Positions 21,590 through 35,244 are shown, counted from the first letter of the whole stretch. The stretch is 63,491 nucleotides of DNA, filler included, from Octopus bimaculoides (GCF_001194135.2; 6 parts of 6 records of this genome joined end to end with filler, not necessarily neighbours in it), one strand, 5' to 3'. Notes: generated from the letters alone by a model not told the origin. Program-made: numbers and translations.

Positions 21590-24150
21590 AGTCTGTGACT
21601 CTAGATACACTAATGCCCGGATGAAATACACTGATGGGGTTGGGGTGTGTGGGTATACTCCTTGCTGAGAAATGGGTTAATAAGGTAATCGAGGTAGTCA
21701 GAGTTTGTAATAGAATACTCAAGCTTAGACTAGTGCTGCAACTTGGATTAGCAACCATTATCTCGGCTTATGCCCCTCAACCAGGGCTACCTGATGAACA
21801 GAAGACCGATTTTATGACACCCTTTTGCAGACTACTCGTCGACGAATGACAGGGACCTTCTCTTTGTAGATAGTGACTTCAACGGACATGTTGGACAACA
21901 TCCAGGGAGCTTCCATGATGGCTACAGACTTGGTTCCCGCAATGAGGAGGGAACCAGGCTGCTGGAGTTCTGTGATGCAAATGATCTTATGATCTGTAAT
22001 ACTAACTTTAAGAAACCTGCCAGTCAACTACCAGTCTGGTGGACACACTAGTCAGATTGACTACATTTTTGCCAGGAAACGGGAAAGATAGCTACTTATA
22101 AATGCCAAAACCTTCCCAGATGAAGAATGCAGCCCACTACATAGGTTACTTGTTAGCGACTTTAGGATCAGGACTAAATGGATGCCCGGAAGAAGACCAG
22201 CATGGGAAAGAAGGGTCTGGAAGCTTAAGGGTCCTCTGAATGGTCAGAGATTTATAGACGTATTACTTGAAGCTTTTGGTGAAAAGAGGACATAGCATCA
22301 TATAATGTGAAGGACAACTGAAGTTTCCTACGGGAAAACCTGTTCGGGAGAACTGACCAGATCTGTGGATGGTGTAAAGTCCCTTCTCGACCCAAGGTAA
22401 TGTGGTGGTGGAACAATGCTGACAGGGCCATTAGGGAAAAGAAATAGGCATGGAAGGACTGGAAGAATGGTGGTATCAGGGAACTGTATCAGATCACCAA
22501 AAGAGAAGCTAGGAGGCAGGTTTACTTAGCCAGAGGGGAATCAGATGAGAAAAAATTTGCCAATGATTTGTGTCATAAGGACCAAAGACTTGAAGCGTTT
22601 CATGCTGCAAGACAATGTGTGAGAGAGACTTGGAGACACTATTATGAAAGGTTGCTAAATGACGAGAATGAATGGGAGAAAGAGAGCCTGAAAAATGTCG
22701 ACCTAACAGAGGGACCAGCTATTCAAATTGACAGTACTTTGATAGATAAAGCAATTAAGAGTATGAAAGCAGGGAAAGCCCCCGGCCTATCAGGAATCAC
22801 TGCAGAGATGCTTAAAATATCTGGCGGTGTAGGCTCTAGTATAGTCAATCAGATGATACATGAAGAGTCATACCTAATTATTGGTGTAGCAGCACCATAG
22901 CCAACTGCTATAAGGTAAAGATGAGGCATTAGATAGAAATAATTACAGAGGTATCAAATTGTTGGATCGAGTGATGAAAGTCACGGAAAGGGTCATAGCC
23001 CAACCAACTAGGGAGAGAGTTAGTTTAGACGAGATGCAGTTTGGGTTTGTGCCAGGCAGAAGCACCACTGGTAAGACAGCTGCAGGAGAAATTTCTAGCC
23101 AAACATAAACCTTTGTACTTGGCTTTTACTGACATAGAGAAAGCCTTTGACAGGGTCCCTCGATCCCTTATCTGGTGGTCAGTGCGGAAACTAGGGAAAG
23201 ATGAGTGGTTAGTGAGAGCTGTACAAGCCATGTACAAAGATGCTGTCAGTAAGGTGAGGGTTGGCAACGAGCATAGCGAAGAATTCCGTGTAGAAGTAGG
23301 AGTCCACAAAGGATCAGTCCTCAGCCTCCTCTTATTCATCATAGTCCTCCAAGCAATAACAGAGAAATTTAAGACAGGATGCCCCCGGGAGCTCCTCTAT
23401 ACTGATGACGTTGCTCTAAGGAAGGCAGACAAATCACAAATCCTTTTAAGTAGATGACCCTGCTCGATCTGTAGAAAAGGCATAGGTAGACACTCCATAA
23501 GATGTATCCAGTGTAAGCTATGGACACGTAAGAGGTGTAGCATTATAAAAGGAAGGCTAACTGGGAAGATAGTCTTTGTATGTGGCAGACTGCAGGGGCA
23601 ATAAACACTGAAAATGTGCAGAAAATAGATTCCATCACATGCCAGGGAAAAACTAGAAGTAGTTGATAGCTTCCTAGGTGACCTAGGTGACCAATTCAGT
23701 AGCGGGGGTGGATGCTCTGAGAGTGTAGCTGTGAGGATAAGAATAGCCTGGGCAAAGTTCAGAGAGCTTCTACCTCTACTGGTAACAAAGGGCCTCTCGC
23801 TCAGAATGAAAGGGAGTCTGTATGATGCATGTGTGGGAACAGCAGTGAAACATGGGCTGTGACTGCTGAGGACATGCCCTGAGAAAAAAGTTGGACATAA
23901 GAAGCATCAGATGTGGCATGCAAGAGAGACGACTGCCCTGGTATGGTCATGCGTTACGTATTGATGAGGACAGCTGTGTAGAAATGGCACACCCTAACAG
24001 TGGAAAGAATCTGTGGAAGAGGTAGACTCAAGAAGATATGGGATGAGGTGGTGAAGCACGACCTTCGAACGGTGGGCCTCACAGAGGCAATGACAAGCGA
24101 CCGAGAACTTTACAGATATGCTGTACTCGAGAAAATCCGGCAAGCCGAGT
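21590..24150 (+). mobile_element. RTE-clade LINE, 5'-truncated, decayed (APE-RT-3' end)
   Basis: GVGILLAEKWVNKV..ISAYAPQ; KAGKAPGLSGITAEML; DIEKAFDRVPR; GVHKGSVLSLLLF; LLYTDD; C-terminal RGRLKKIWDEVVKHDL...DRELYR. Same family type as 10920-12790. Confidence 0.92.
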
Positions 24151-24854
24151 GGGATCGTAACCGAGACTGTTGCTAATGTCACATAACCAGCCATTTAAGA
24201 GTACTCTTCAATCGTTGGGTAATATTGAGCATGTTGTGATCATGTATTTTGGGTTTCTTTTTTTTTTTAGAACTATATTTTCCAATGAGTTCTTTTTTTT
24301 TAACAAGTAAGGATTGTTTTAAAGAAATTTGACTGCTATTTCTATGTCATGTGACCACTTAGATGTCCCATCGTTGGTTCGTTATTTATCCAATTAGATT
24401 TTAGAAGTTAATATTTACAAATAGATTAAGAAATAAAAATAGTTTCTTTCTTTTTATTTTTTGTATTGAAATCTTCAAAACTATACAAACTGGGGCAGTC
24501 ATGGTGAACCATTAAATCCGGCGTGTCGAATTTTTTGTTTTTTAAATAATCCTCTTATTAGTGTGTCGTATATGTACCTCTGCTTTACATTCAAGCAAAT
24601 GCAAATAGATAAATGGCTTACTTAAATACAATTTGAAATTTCAAAACATGCTTCTGAAACTAAGATGAAATTAAATATAAGTTACCTAGTTTTTTGCAAA
24701 CAACTTACAAAAGCAATTGCTACCAGTTGAAAGTTTCACATACTGTAGCAGATTATGTTGATTAAATTGTTCAAATCCTGTGAGACAGTGTAATAATCAA
24801 CATAGAAAGCAAAACCATTGCTTACAGTTTTTATTTGCACGTAGGGTGAGTATA

Positions 24855-25070
24855 CTACGGGGTGCTGAAAAGTTCCTGGCTTCAAGCGTGTCGTGAAAGG
24901 CGTGATTGCAGGTCCAGCCTTCCGAGTTCTTTTACAGGGCTTTGAAAAATTGAAGGACTGCTGCAATAAGTATGTGATTCTGAGAGGGGAATATACTGAA
25001 TAAAGCATAATTAACTGATCCTCCTGTATTTTCTTTTACCTAAAGCCAGGAAATTTTCAACACCCCCTCG
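24855..25070 (+). mobile_element. Mariner-derived MITE
   Basis: TIRs ctacggggtgctgaaaagttcctggctt / aagccaggaaattttcaacaccccctcg flanked by TA. The interior retains a mariner C-terminal remnant (..KLKDCCNKYVILRGEYTE*). Confidence 0.8.
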
Positions 25071-25607
25071 TACAAGGCTATAGTAGCAGTCAGCAGTCTA
25101 GTGGTACAAACAAAAAAACGAAGCTCGCGCACTCTTAGATGTGTGCCTGTTAGGAAAAGCTGCTTTTCAGAAAGTGAAAGAGGTACGCATGTGGAAGCGA
25201 AAAATACTGACCGCTGATGTTCTCTGGGGGTTCCTATTTATATTTATGGAAAGAAGCTGAATACATGTCCGAGAACAAAGGAATGTAACTTATCTTTTCT
25301 ACGTTAACCTCCAGTTAACTCAAACAAGGAAATCGAGATAAGAGTAACAAGTGACCTCAAATTTCCTAGTATTAATGCTGAAAACAAAGGAAAGGATCTC
25401 GTAGAAAGATCTAGTCTGAAGTTTCAATTCTTGGCTCAGAATCCAAGAAATGTTTTCTTACACTACTCCCACCGTATAGAATTTCCGAAAAAAAAAAATC
25501 ACGAACGATATAAGGAAACAGAAGGAAAGAAATGGGTGTGGAAAAATAAACGTAGGGCAAAATAAATATTTCAGAGAAAACAAAGAAAACACACACACAC
25601 ACACAAC

Positions 25608-25668
<61 letters not shown>
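25608..25668. repeat. (TATC)n microsatellite
   Basis: Directly visible. Similar arrays occur at 32532-32660 and 35915-36005. Confidence 0.95.
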
Positions 25669-25669
<1 letters not shown>

Positions 25670-25761
25670 CTACAAATGTGATTGTGTGCTTATGTATGTA
25701 TGTATAGCTATATATAAGTAGATTAGTAGAGATGCCCAGCGTTGTTAGGCATTAAAATGAT

Positions 25762-25794
<33 letters not shown>

Positions 25795-26732
25795 NNNNNN
25801 NNNNNNNNNNNNNNNNNNNNNNNNNNNNNNNNNNNNNNNNNNNNNNNNNNNNNNNNNNNNNNNNNNNNNNNNNNNNNNNNNNNNNNNNNNNNNNNNNNNN
25901 NNNNNNNNNNNNNNNNNNNNNNNNNNNNNNNNNNNNNNNNNNNNNNNNNNNNNNNNNNNNNNNNNNNNNNNNNNNNNNNNNNNNNNNNNNNNNNNNNNNN
26001 NNNNNNNNNNNNNNNNNNNNNNNNNNNNNNNNNNNNNNNNNNNNNNNNNNNNNNNNNNNNNNNNNNNNNNNNNNNNNNNNNNNNNNNNNNNNNNNNNNNN
26101 NNNNNNNNNNNNNNNNNNNNNNNNNNNNNNNNNNNNNNNNNNNNNNNNNNNNNNNNNNNNNNNNNNNNNNNNNNNNNNNNNNNNNNNNNNNNNNNNNNNN
26201 NNNNNNNNNNNNNNNNNNNNNNNNNNNNNNNNNNNNNNNNNNNNNNNNNNNNNNNNNNNNNNNNNNNNNNNNNNNNNNNNNNNNNNNNNNNNNNNNNNNN
26301 NNNNNNNNNNNNNNNNNNNNNNNNNNNNNNNNNNNNNNNNNNNNNNNNNNNNNNNNNNNNNNNNNNNNNNNNNNNNNNNNNNNNNNNNNNNNNNNNNNNN
26401 NNNNNNNNNNNNNNNNNNNNNNNNNNNNNNNNNNNNNNNNNNNNNNNNNNNNNNNNNNNNNNNNNNNNNNNNNNNNNNNNNNNNNNNNNNNNNNNNNNNN
26501 NNNNNNNNNNNNNNNNNNNNNNNNNNNNNNNNNNNNNNNNNNNNNNNNNNNNNNNNNNNNNNNNNNNNNNNNNNNNNNNNNNNNNNNNNNNNTGTTTGTG
26601 TGTGTGTGTGTGTGTGTGTTTGTGTGTGTGTGTAGATGTGTGTGTGTGTTTGAGTGTGTTTAATAACGTACGGTTACATATGTATATGTACGTGTAGATG
26701 CGTGTGTTTGTATGTATGTATGTAGTGTTACG

Positions 26733-26815
<83 letters not shown>

Positions 26816-28149
26816 TAATAATATTGGAACGTTGTCTGGATATTTGCAGAGAATAGAGTAGAACCGTGTGGTTACTATAGAGTAGTACTGTGCGATTATT
26901 ATAGACTAATACCGTGTGGTTACGGCAAAATGACAAGGCTGACTGTGGTTGTACGTGCGATTATACTACGCTCAGTGAGATTAGTTGTAGTGTCAATAAG
27001 TCTAACGCGCTTCACATCGACTTAGAGGTCGATATAGTGAAGAAAAATCAGCTCCTATGATAGAATCGGCAACTTAGCGATCACGGAAACCCACTGAAAA
27101 ACACGACGAAGACCTAAGTTTGAAATGAGAGACTATTCACCAAAAATTTGAATGGGTGATTGGATTATTTTGCTCGAAAATTTTATAATTGCGTGAAAAA
27201 TCAAAATATAATTGGATATCGATAATATCGATTGAGCTAATTAACAATGTAATCCAACAACAAACAACGCAACGAAGACCTTTCAATATGCTTCAGAAAT
27301 TTTTCAGTCATATTTTTGTTTTTGTAATTATATTAAACTTTGCCTGATTTTCTGGCCGAGCTTTGCACGGGTTGCTACATAACAAATAACGCCATTTTAA
27401 AAAACAATGTTAGACTACTCAGTCCATCAATCTTGATAATTTAATTCCTTCTACAAGAACTTGATGTCATCATAACTGAATTCAAAAAGTATAAGTGCAA
27501 AAAAAAAAAACATGAAAAAAACTGGCTAAAGTCATGTAAACGCCGCATCGTGTTGCTCTGCGCAACCGGTCAGTTTACTGGGTTTTGAAACGACTTTATA
27601 TTTATTGATTGTAATATGAGTGTTCTATCATTAGAAATGACAGAAAAAGTGCATTTTTTAAGGGTTGATATGACGAATCTTTAATTTGCGACATATACTT
27701 TTTTAGCATCCAGATGGCTCTTTTGTCCAAAAGCTAAATTTACACGGGATATTTTATTCGTAATATCATCCAACGAATATATGATGCAGAGATATAAATG
27801 CAGATTGTTTTCGCTTTAAATATATCATACAGCAGAAGCAAGTTTCCGTTTGCATGAACCTAATTTATTAACAAATGTCAAGTATGGAGTCTGGCAAGTA
27901 AAACCTGCTGGGTCACGCCGCGTCAGCGATCATCTGAAAGCATGGCTATCACAAGTTTAACTAGTTTACAATCTTTTATACCCTCTAAGTACGCGCGCGC
28001 GCACACACGCACACACACACACCCTCACACATACATACACACTCACAAACACACATTTATGTATTAATACAAATCTATTTCTCTATATTTAGATGTTTCT
28101 CTAAACCTAAAATTTCCTCTTATAAACTCAACGAGAAACTTCCCCGCTT

Positions 28150-29010
28150 ACTCAAACAGTCTTGTCATCCCACATAGTGTTCAAAAAGCTGGTAACCATC
28201 AGCAACAGAATATCTAACAGCTCTTCTTTTAAAGAAATTTTCGTGAAGGCACCCCTTTACTACAACAATGCCCCAACCAATATTGACTTCAATAATGAAT
28301 TAATTTACAGCTCCTCTAGTAATAGTACGAATAGCAAAATTAGATCTAAAAGTAGACTTAGGAGAATAATTTGGTTCATCCCAGCTTTTCCCTTAATGTT
28401 AAAACTAACGTAGATTAAAAAAAAGTTCCTATCTCTCAGGACAAACATTTTCCGGTATATCAAAGGTACAGAAAAGTATTCAACAGGCGCTCAGTCAAAT
28501 TATCATATAGCTACTGTTCCAATATGAAGAGCACCATTATACGCAAACCTCACTAAGAGCCTACTCGCAGATATAACGGTCGAGGCCCAATAAATTATCC
28601 ACTCGACCAGGGGCGTATGATTAAATCCATCATATATGAGGCAGACGTTACTGCAACGCTAGATGATTAACATAACTGATAAGAAGAGCTACATCGGTCT
28701 GTGTGAAGACAACTTAAAAAATCGCTGTACTAACCTCATATCTTCCTTTCGACACAGGGACAAAAGTAAGACCACTAAGCTGGTTAGCTATATATAGGGT
28801 TTGAAGTATAACGCCACATAACATACAATCAAGCAGAAAATAGTTGAAAAGTCCACGCTATATATCAACGGATAAAAAACATGTAAGTCATGCGTAGCTG
28901 AAAGAGCACAGATTTTTCAGATCTAAGAACTCCACTGCACTGCTAAATTACAGATCTGAAATTTTCGGTGGATGTAAACATATGAATAGGTTCCTGTTGG
29001 CGAATTGGAA
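28150..29010 (+). mobile_element. Penelope-like element (Penelope/Poseidon type), RT thumb + GIY-YIG remnant
   Basis: HIVFKKL...RISNSSS...RRIIWFIPAF; DKHFP...KVFNRRSVKLSYSYCSNMKS; IIYEADV...KSYIGLCEDNLKNR...SFRH...TKL; CKSCVAER...LNYRSEIFGGCKH. Confidence 0.85.
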
Positions 29011-30878
29011 AATACCACCCTCTCCGATTTGAGCAGCTGTACTGATGACTCTAACCCCCTATCCATTCAACCATATGACTTTACGATCAAAGGGTACATA
29101 ACTTTAATTCTTCCCTTTTTTTTCTTTTTTCGCTTTTGTTTTCTGGTGTTTTCAACTTTCCACCTTTTACATCTACTTTCTTCTCGTCCTTTCTCGTATT
29201 TTCTTTTATTTCTGTCGTCTTGTTATAACTTGTTATGCCACGTGGGCAGAGCCTGAGGATTGCATGAAGGCACCGGGAAGCACTTATAGCCACACCTATT
29301 GTCTGCGCTGCTACATTACCTCTAATTCTATATATGTTAACCATTTCTAAGTTTTGCCTATTTAGCAGTATATGTTTCTATGAATAGATCGAATAAGACC
29401 GAAAGATGTTAGTTGATTTTGCCAGTTTCTTTTTCTTTGAGGACAACATCTATTTATGTGCATATTGATTTTAATTCCTCCAAATTTTATCTGGTTGATA
29501 TTATTGAAAATAGTATTTTTGTTTTTAAATTTCAAACACCCCAATACAGGAAATTTAGTCAAGTAACTTCTTGAATATTCTCAGCACATCGAAGTTTTCC
29601 AACGCGTTATATTTAATGCGTGAGGCACCACTTTGTGTATTTAGTCTGCAGAATGCATCCCTGAGTTATGTTCCCTCAGCCATATTGTTGAGTTGAATAT
29701 ATGCTTTATCTAAAAGAAAAATGTTTTGACAAGGTAGCCTAGTTCTAGGTATGTCTATGTACACATAAGGGCCCACTCACGTTCACATGGGTGTATATAC
29801 ACGCCCACACACATACACACGCACTCGCATATATGTTCACTCAGATACATAGCATATAATGTGCGCATGCATATTTGCACATATAGGCATGCTCACATGC
29901 ACACGCATATCCATTCTTACATAGATACATACATACATGCATACACATTTATGTACTTACATACTTACTTTACTTATTTACTTATAGCGTAGAAATCCGG
30001 AGCAGGCTCATTAAGTTAGATATTGTTCTTTGCGACAAGGAGCAAAATCATGCATTCTAGCAAGAATATGTTTCCCGGAGAATCTGAATGCCTCAAAGGA
30101 AACTAGAGAATTAACGAGAAACTTACAACTCGCGTTGCGAGTCTCTGGACTTTCACTCATACCTAATATCATAGACATCGTTGGGCTATATAAAATCAGA
30201 TCTGCATAAAAGCCTAAAAATGTTGCTCTTCAAGAAAGAACAGAGTAAGTAGATTCACCTTATTCAAATACAATTAGTTGAACAGTGAAAAAATTTTAAA
30301 CATTACATGGTTTCTCTATTTGAGGTTACTGGATTGAACTTCTGCACGAGGTTACGTCTATATGAAATCCACACACGGTCACATACACGCACACATAAAG
30401 AGTAATAAAGCATATACACACTTGCGCACTAAAGTGATATGCATACCTATTACGGTATTTACATATAAGCACATACAAACTAACACATTCATAATCTCAA
30501 GAGCTTAGACACAAGAGCCTTGTTATTTTATCGGTGTCTACTCCAAAGTAAAAAAGCATGAAGATGGTTGTGTGTGTGCGTGCGTGCATGTGTATGTGTC
30601 AGTCTGTGTGTGTAGAAAGAGAGAATGAAAGAGAGAGAGAAATGGCAATACATTAAAAAAAAAGACAACAGAAAACAATATTAGTGTTATTTCAAAATGT
30701 TCATTCGTACATATAGCTGTTTCAATAATTCTTACATCACACGATCGTTATATATTTGATAAGAACCATCTCAACAGGAAGGTCCTTTGAAAATCAGCTA
30801 CAAAATTCCTTACAATTGTTCCTTCCTCACCTCACCTGTTATAAATACACGCAGGCATACACCTATGTATACATACAT

Positions 30879-30912
<34 letters not shown>

Positions 30913-30914
<2 letters not shown>

Positions 30915-31200
30915 AAAGACTTTCTCACTTCCCGAGCATTAAACTAATACATCTGTTTTTTGTTGTTTTTTTTTGTAAATTCTCACTGTGTATATATAGT
31001 TGGAATTTACAGAAAAACAAAAGACGAAGACAGGTGTATAAACAACAAACAGGTGTATTAGTTTAACGCTCAGGAAGGTGAGAAAGTCTTTTACGTTTCG
31101 AGCCTACGCTCTTCAACAGAAAAGAACATGAGAAAATAAAAAGAGAGAGAATTAAAAAAAGCTTTAGCGGCTAGCGGTCAATCATGGCAGCTGGCTGGAC
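30913..31200 (-). repeat. Penelope terminal-repeat (pLTR-like) sequence with a tail-to-tail inverted partial copy
   Basis: 30913-30996 is an inverted, internally deleted copy of 30997-31093. The arms meet at a TA run. Confidence 0.7.
31086..31124 (-). ncRNA. Minimal type-I hammerhead-ribozyme-like motif (variant core)
   Basis: tctttt-CTGTTGA-a-GAGC gtag GCTC-GAAAC-GTA|aaagac. It has a stem II of 4 bp, a palindromic ACGT stem III and an NUH site (GUA). The core has U where canonical A6 is expected, so activity is uncertain. Confidence 0.45.
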
Positions 31201-32014
31201 AGAGGTGGTTAGACAGGAGAGNNNNNNNNNNNNNNNNNNNNNNNNNNNNNNNNNNNNNNNNNNNNNNNNNNNNNNNNNNNNNNNNNNNNNNNNNNNNNNN
31301 NNNNNNNNNNNNNNNNNNNNNNNNNNNNNNNNNNNNNNNNNNNNNNNNNNNNNNNNNNNNNNNNNNNNNNNNNNNNNNNNNNNNNNNNNNNNNNNNNNNN
31401 NNNNNNNNNNNNNNNNNNNNNNNNNNNNNNNNNNNNNNNNNNNNNNNNNNNNNNNNNNNNNNNNNNNNNNNNNNNNNNNNNNNNNNNNNNNNNNNNNNNN
31501 NNNNNNNNNNNNNNNNNNNNNNNNNNNNNNNNNNNNNNNNNNNNNNNNNNNNNNNNNNNNNNNNNNNNNNNNNNNNNNNNNNNNNNNNNNNNNNNNNNNN
31601 NNNNNNNNNNNNNNNNNNNNNNNNNNNNNNNNNNNNNNNNNNNNNNNNNNNNNNNNNNNNNNNNNNNNNNNNNNNNNNNNNNNNNNNNNNNNNNNNNNNN
31701 NNNNNNNNNNNNNNNNNNNNNNNNNNNNNNNNNNNNNNNNNNNNNNNNNNNNNNNNNNNNNNNNNNNNNNNNNNNNNNNNNNNNNNNNNNNNNNNNNNNN
31801 NNNNNNNNNNNNNNNNNNNNNNNNNNNNNNNNNNNNNNNNNNNNNNNNNNNNNNGGTATGTGGGAGTGGGATGCGTGGGTGGGGTGGGGTATGTGGGAGT
31901 GGGATGTGTGTAAGCGAGATGGGATGGGATTGGATGTGTTGGGATGTGTAGGGGTAGAGTGTGGATGAAGAGAGGAAGTAGGTGTGAGATAAAGGGAGCA
32001 GAGATGAGGGGAGT

Positions 32015-32431
32015 CAGATGAAGAGGGGAGGGGGTTGAGCCCATGCGGCACAAAGGAGCGAACAGAGAAGATTAATTCCTGTTCATGGCGAAGGCGGGAA
32101 TCCGGATGGCCCCTGTACAAAGACAACCCAAACACAGACAGGTGTTGCTATGAATGACCGCTAAAGCGGAAATGGCGCGAGACCGGGGTGTCGTTTCGTA
32201 GTCTAATGTGTCGGAGGTGTTCCGCGAACCGGTCAGTCAAGCGGCGTCCTGTTTGACCGATGTACAGAGAAGGACAGAAAGAGCAGGAGATGCAGTAAAT
32301 GACGTTGCTAGAAGTGCATGTAAAAGAGTCAGTGATATGACAGGGACGATGATGGGTGCCTGTGAGGATGGTGATGTTGGAGAGGTAGGTGAAAGTACAT
32401 CGGCGTGGACGAGAGCAGGGGAATATGTACA
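32015..32431 (-). mobile_element. Penelope-like element GIY-YIG endonuclease domain
   Basis: FTCTSSNVIYCISCSFCPSLYIGQTGRRLTDRFAEHLRHIR...PVSRHF...GHS...RLRHEQELIFSVRSFVPHGLN. Confidence 0.9.
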
Positions 32432-32531
32432 NNNNNNNNNNNNNNNNNNNNNNNNNNNNNNNNNNNNNNNNNNNNTTAATTAATTAANNNNNNNNNNNNN
32501 NNNNNNNNNNNNNNNNNNNNNNNNNNNNNNN
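32432..32531. other. Assembly join with TTAATTAATTAA linker
   Basis: Linker at 32476-32487. Confidence 0.9.
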
Positions 32532-32578
<47 letters not shown>

Positions 32579-32587
32579 GTATCTATG

Positions 32588-32649
<62 letters not shown>

Positions 32650-32945
32650 CCTACCTATCTATCTATATACATGCATATATGGGTACAGGACATATATGCA
32701 CTTTATGTCACGTTGCTACAATTTACTCTGATGAAGAAATGAGTTGTGACGTCACTGGTGCCAAGTTGGTCCGGCCCTTGCCTTTCCCTTGGACAACATC
32801 GGTGGCCTGATGCAGGGAAGCCGGTATGCATGGCGACTGCTGCTCTTCCACAACCAGCGTGGTCCGGACTTTTTTCTCAGAAGTGAAGTGTCTAAGCTCA
32901 ATCTCATTGTCATTGGTGACTAGAGGGGTTCTTTAAAATATATAT

Positions 32946-33000
<55 letters not shown>

Positions 33001-34419
33001 GGGAGAGACAGACAGAATATAATACACGATCACGTAGTGATACATTCTTCTCTCTACTCCTATATCCAGTACGGCTAGACGAGGTTAATCAAACCTCAGG
33101 ATACACATAATAGGTTATTGTGTAGAATACGAGGCACATAATAGTACTAATACTGTTATACACACACTCACTAACACAGTGTCATACATAAAGAGACAGG
33201 GAAAGAAAGAAAGAAAGCAACAGAAAAGAGAAGAGATACAAAGATGTTAATAATATGCAAAAATAGGACGAAAGTAAGCAACTTATATCTGTTGTAAAAT
33301 GGTTATAAATGTTACATAGAAATTCCATTGACATTTCTTACGAATGGATGTAAAACGATTTTGTTGGATCCGTCGGTTAGGGAGAATCGAAGTACTCCAA
33401 GAATGAAGACTGAAACTGTCTGCAAATCCAAACTTTTCAGAAAGCCGAACGTTACGATAGACTATCTTGGTAAACTAAAGAAATATCACAAGTTCCCTGA
33501 CATTATCAGCTGAGCAACTTAGATACATAACTACCCTTCATTGATCTTTTCCTGACCTTTCCGCGACGAGGCTTCACAATTTATTCGATCTTCTGCTCCG
33601 CTATACATACATACATACATACATACACACAGACAGATAGACAGACAGACAGATAGACTGACGTCTGTGTATAAGAGTGCGCGTATATGTATGCATATGT
33701 GTATACATATACATGCAATTTTATATCCACATATGTATATATATAAATATATATATATATATNNNNNNNNNNNNNNNNNNNNNNNNNNNNNNNNNNNNNN
33801 NNNNNNNNNNNNNNNNNNNNNNNNNNNNNNNNNNNNNNNNNNNNNNNNNNNNNNNNNNNNNNNNNNNNNNNNNNNNNNNNNNNNNNNNNNNNNNNNNNNN
33901 NNNNNNNNNNNNNNNNNNNNNNNNNNNNNNNNNNNNNNNNNNNNNNNNNNNNNNNNNNNNNNNNNNNNNNNNNNNNNNNNNNNNNNNNNNNNNNNNNNNN
34001 NNNNNNNNNNTATATATGTGTGTGTGTTTGTGTGTGTGTATGTGGTGTATATATTTCTATATATGTGATGCTGAAGGTGCAAGAATAATTACAGAAAAGT
34101 AATTAAGTTGCCACGATTGCAAATAATTTGCCATTTTTCTTATGATTTTATTCTTCAATTTGGCAAATGTTTGATACTACTTTTTGTAGGATGCATTATT
34201 GTATGTTATTGTATATGTTGAGTTTGTTCTAGGCCGCTGAAATGTAACTATACTTCGTGTGCTCACGCCGAATACATTGTGCAATCAATTAACGACAGAT
34301 GTGGATCAATGAATCAATCAATAAATCAAAGAATCGATGAAAATAATCTGTCAAAATATTTAAACAGTGAACAAACTTCCCTGCTCGATCCTCTACCTTT
34401 CCGCATTGAGAGGTAACAG

Positions 34420-34650
34420 CTACGGAACTAAGGACAGGAAAAGATCACAAGAGAAATTCTTCAAGCCAAGCCAAACTACAGGAGACCTAGTGGTAGACGA
34501 CTTGCAAGATGGTTCGATAAACTCTACAGAATCAATTGTTAACACTTGTGAATCCAGCAGGGAAGTTTATCGACTGCTGTTTCTGATAGGAACCAATGGA
34601 AGAGGCGCCGCAGGAATTTCAAACCACAACTCTTCCAAGTATAGTGGGGT
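34420..34650 (+). mobile_element. LINE 3' end remnant (RTE/CR1-like C-terminus)
   Basis: KITREILQAKPNYRRPSGRRLARWFD...AVSDRNQWKR, resembling the P.GKRPxGRPxxRWxD...AxDRxxWR motif. Confidence 0.55.
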
Positions 34651-35244
34651 TCAAAAATAGATGACTTGATGACCAAACTGGCATATACTGAGATTCCAAG
34701 ACTCCAATTATAAATGAAATAATAATCAAACATTCAGTGCAACAATAAAGTAACATAATCAATCAATTAATAATTAATCTATCAGGTGAATAATTAAACA
34801 ATTATATAATCAGTCAAGGAATGAATCAACTAATTATACCACTGATCAGTCATTTATTCAATCAATCGATGAATCTAGTGATCAATAATTAATCTCTCAA
34901 AGCAATCGCGATAAAAAGAAAAATCAAAGAAACCCAAATATTCTCTATGAAATATTTTTATCAACTAATAAAGTAATTTCTGTTTGAGCCTGTATGTATG
35001 TGAGTGAGTGTGTGTCCACGTTTACGTGAGAACCTGTATGACTTGAGCCAATCGGTGTCAAGAAATATAATCGTCTTTTCATAACGGTATTGTTTGGAAA
35101 CACGTCTATCTTTCTTTTATCTGTTATTTTTTACTTGTTTGAGTCATTGGACTGCGACCATTTTTCATGTTGAAGGATAGATGATAGTCAGATGATAAAT
35201 CAGGAGAATAGGGGGGGTAATCAACCCGTTCCAAGCCTCCGTCA

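Noticed and set aside
29255-29295. CTGAGGA-TTGC...GCAC hammerhead-like motif after the 28 kb Penelope
   Set aside because: It lacks a recognisable GAAA and NUH; too decayed to call.
34367-34660. 97-aa ORF as a host exon
   Set aside because: Another frame shows a LINE C-terminal motif, so it is better explained as a TE remnant.
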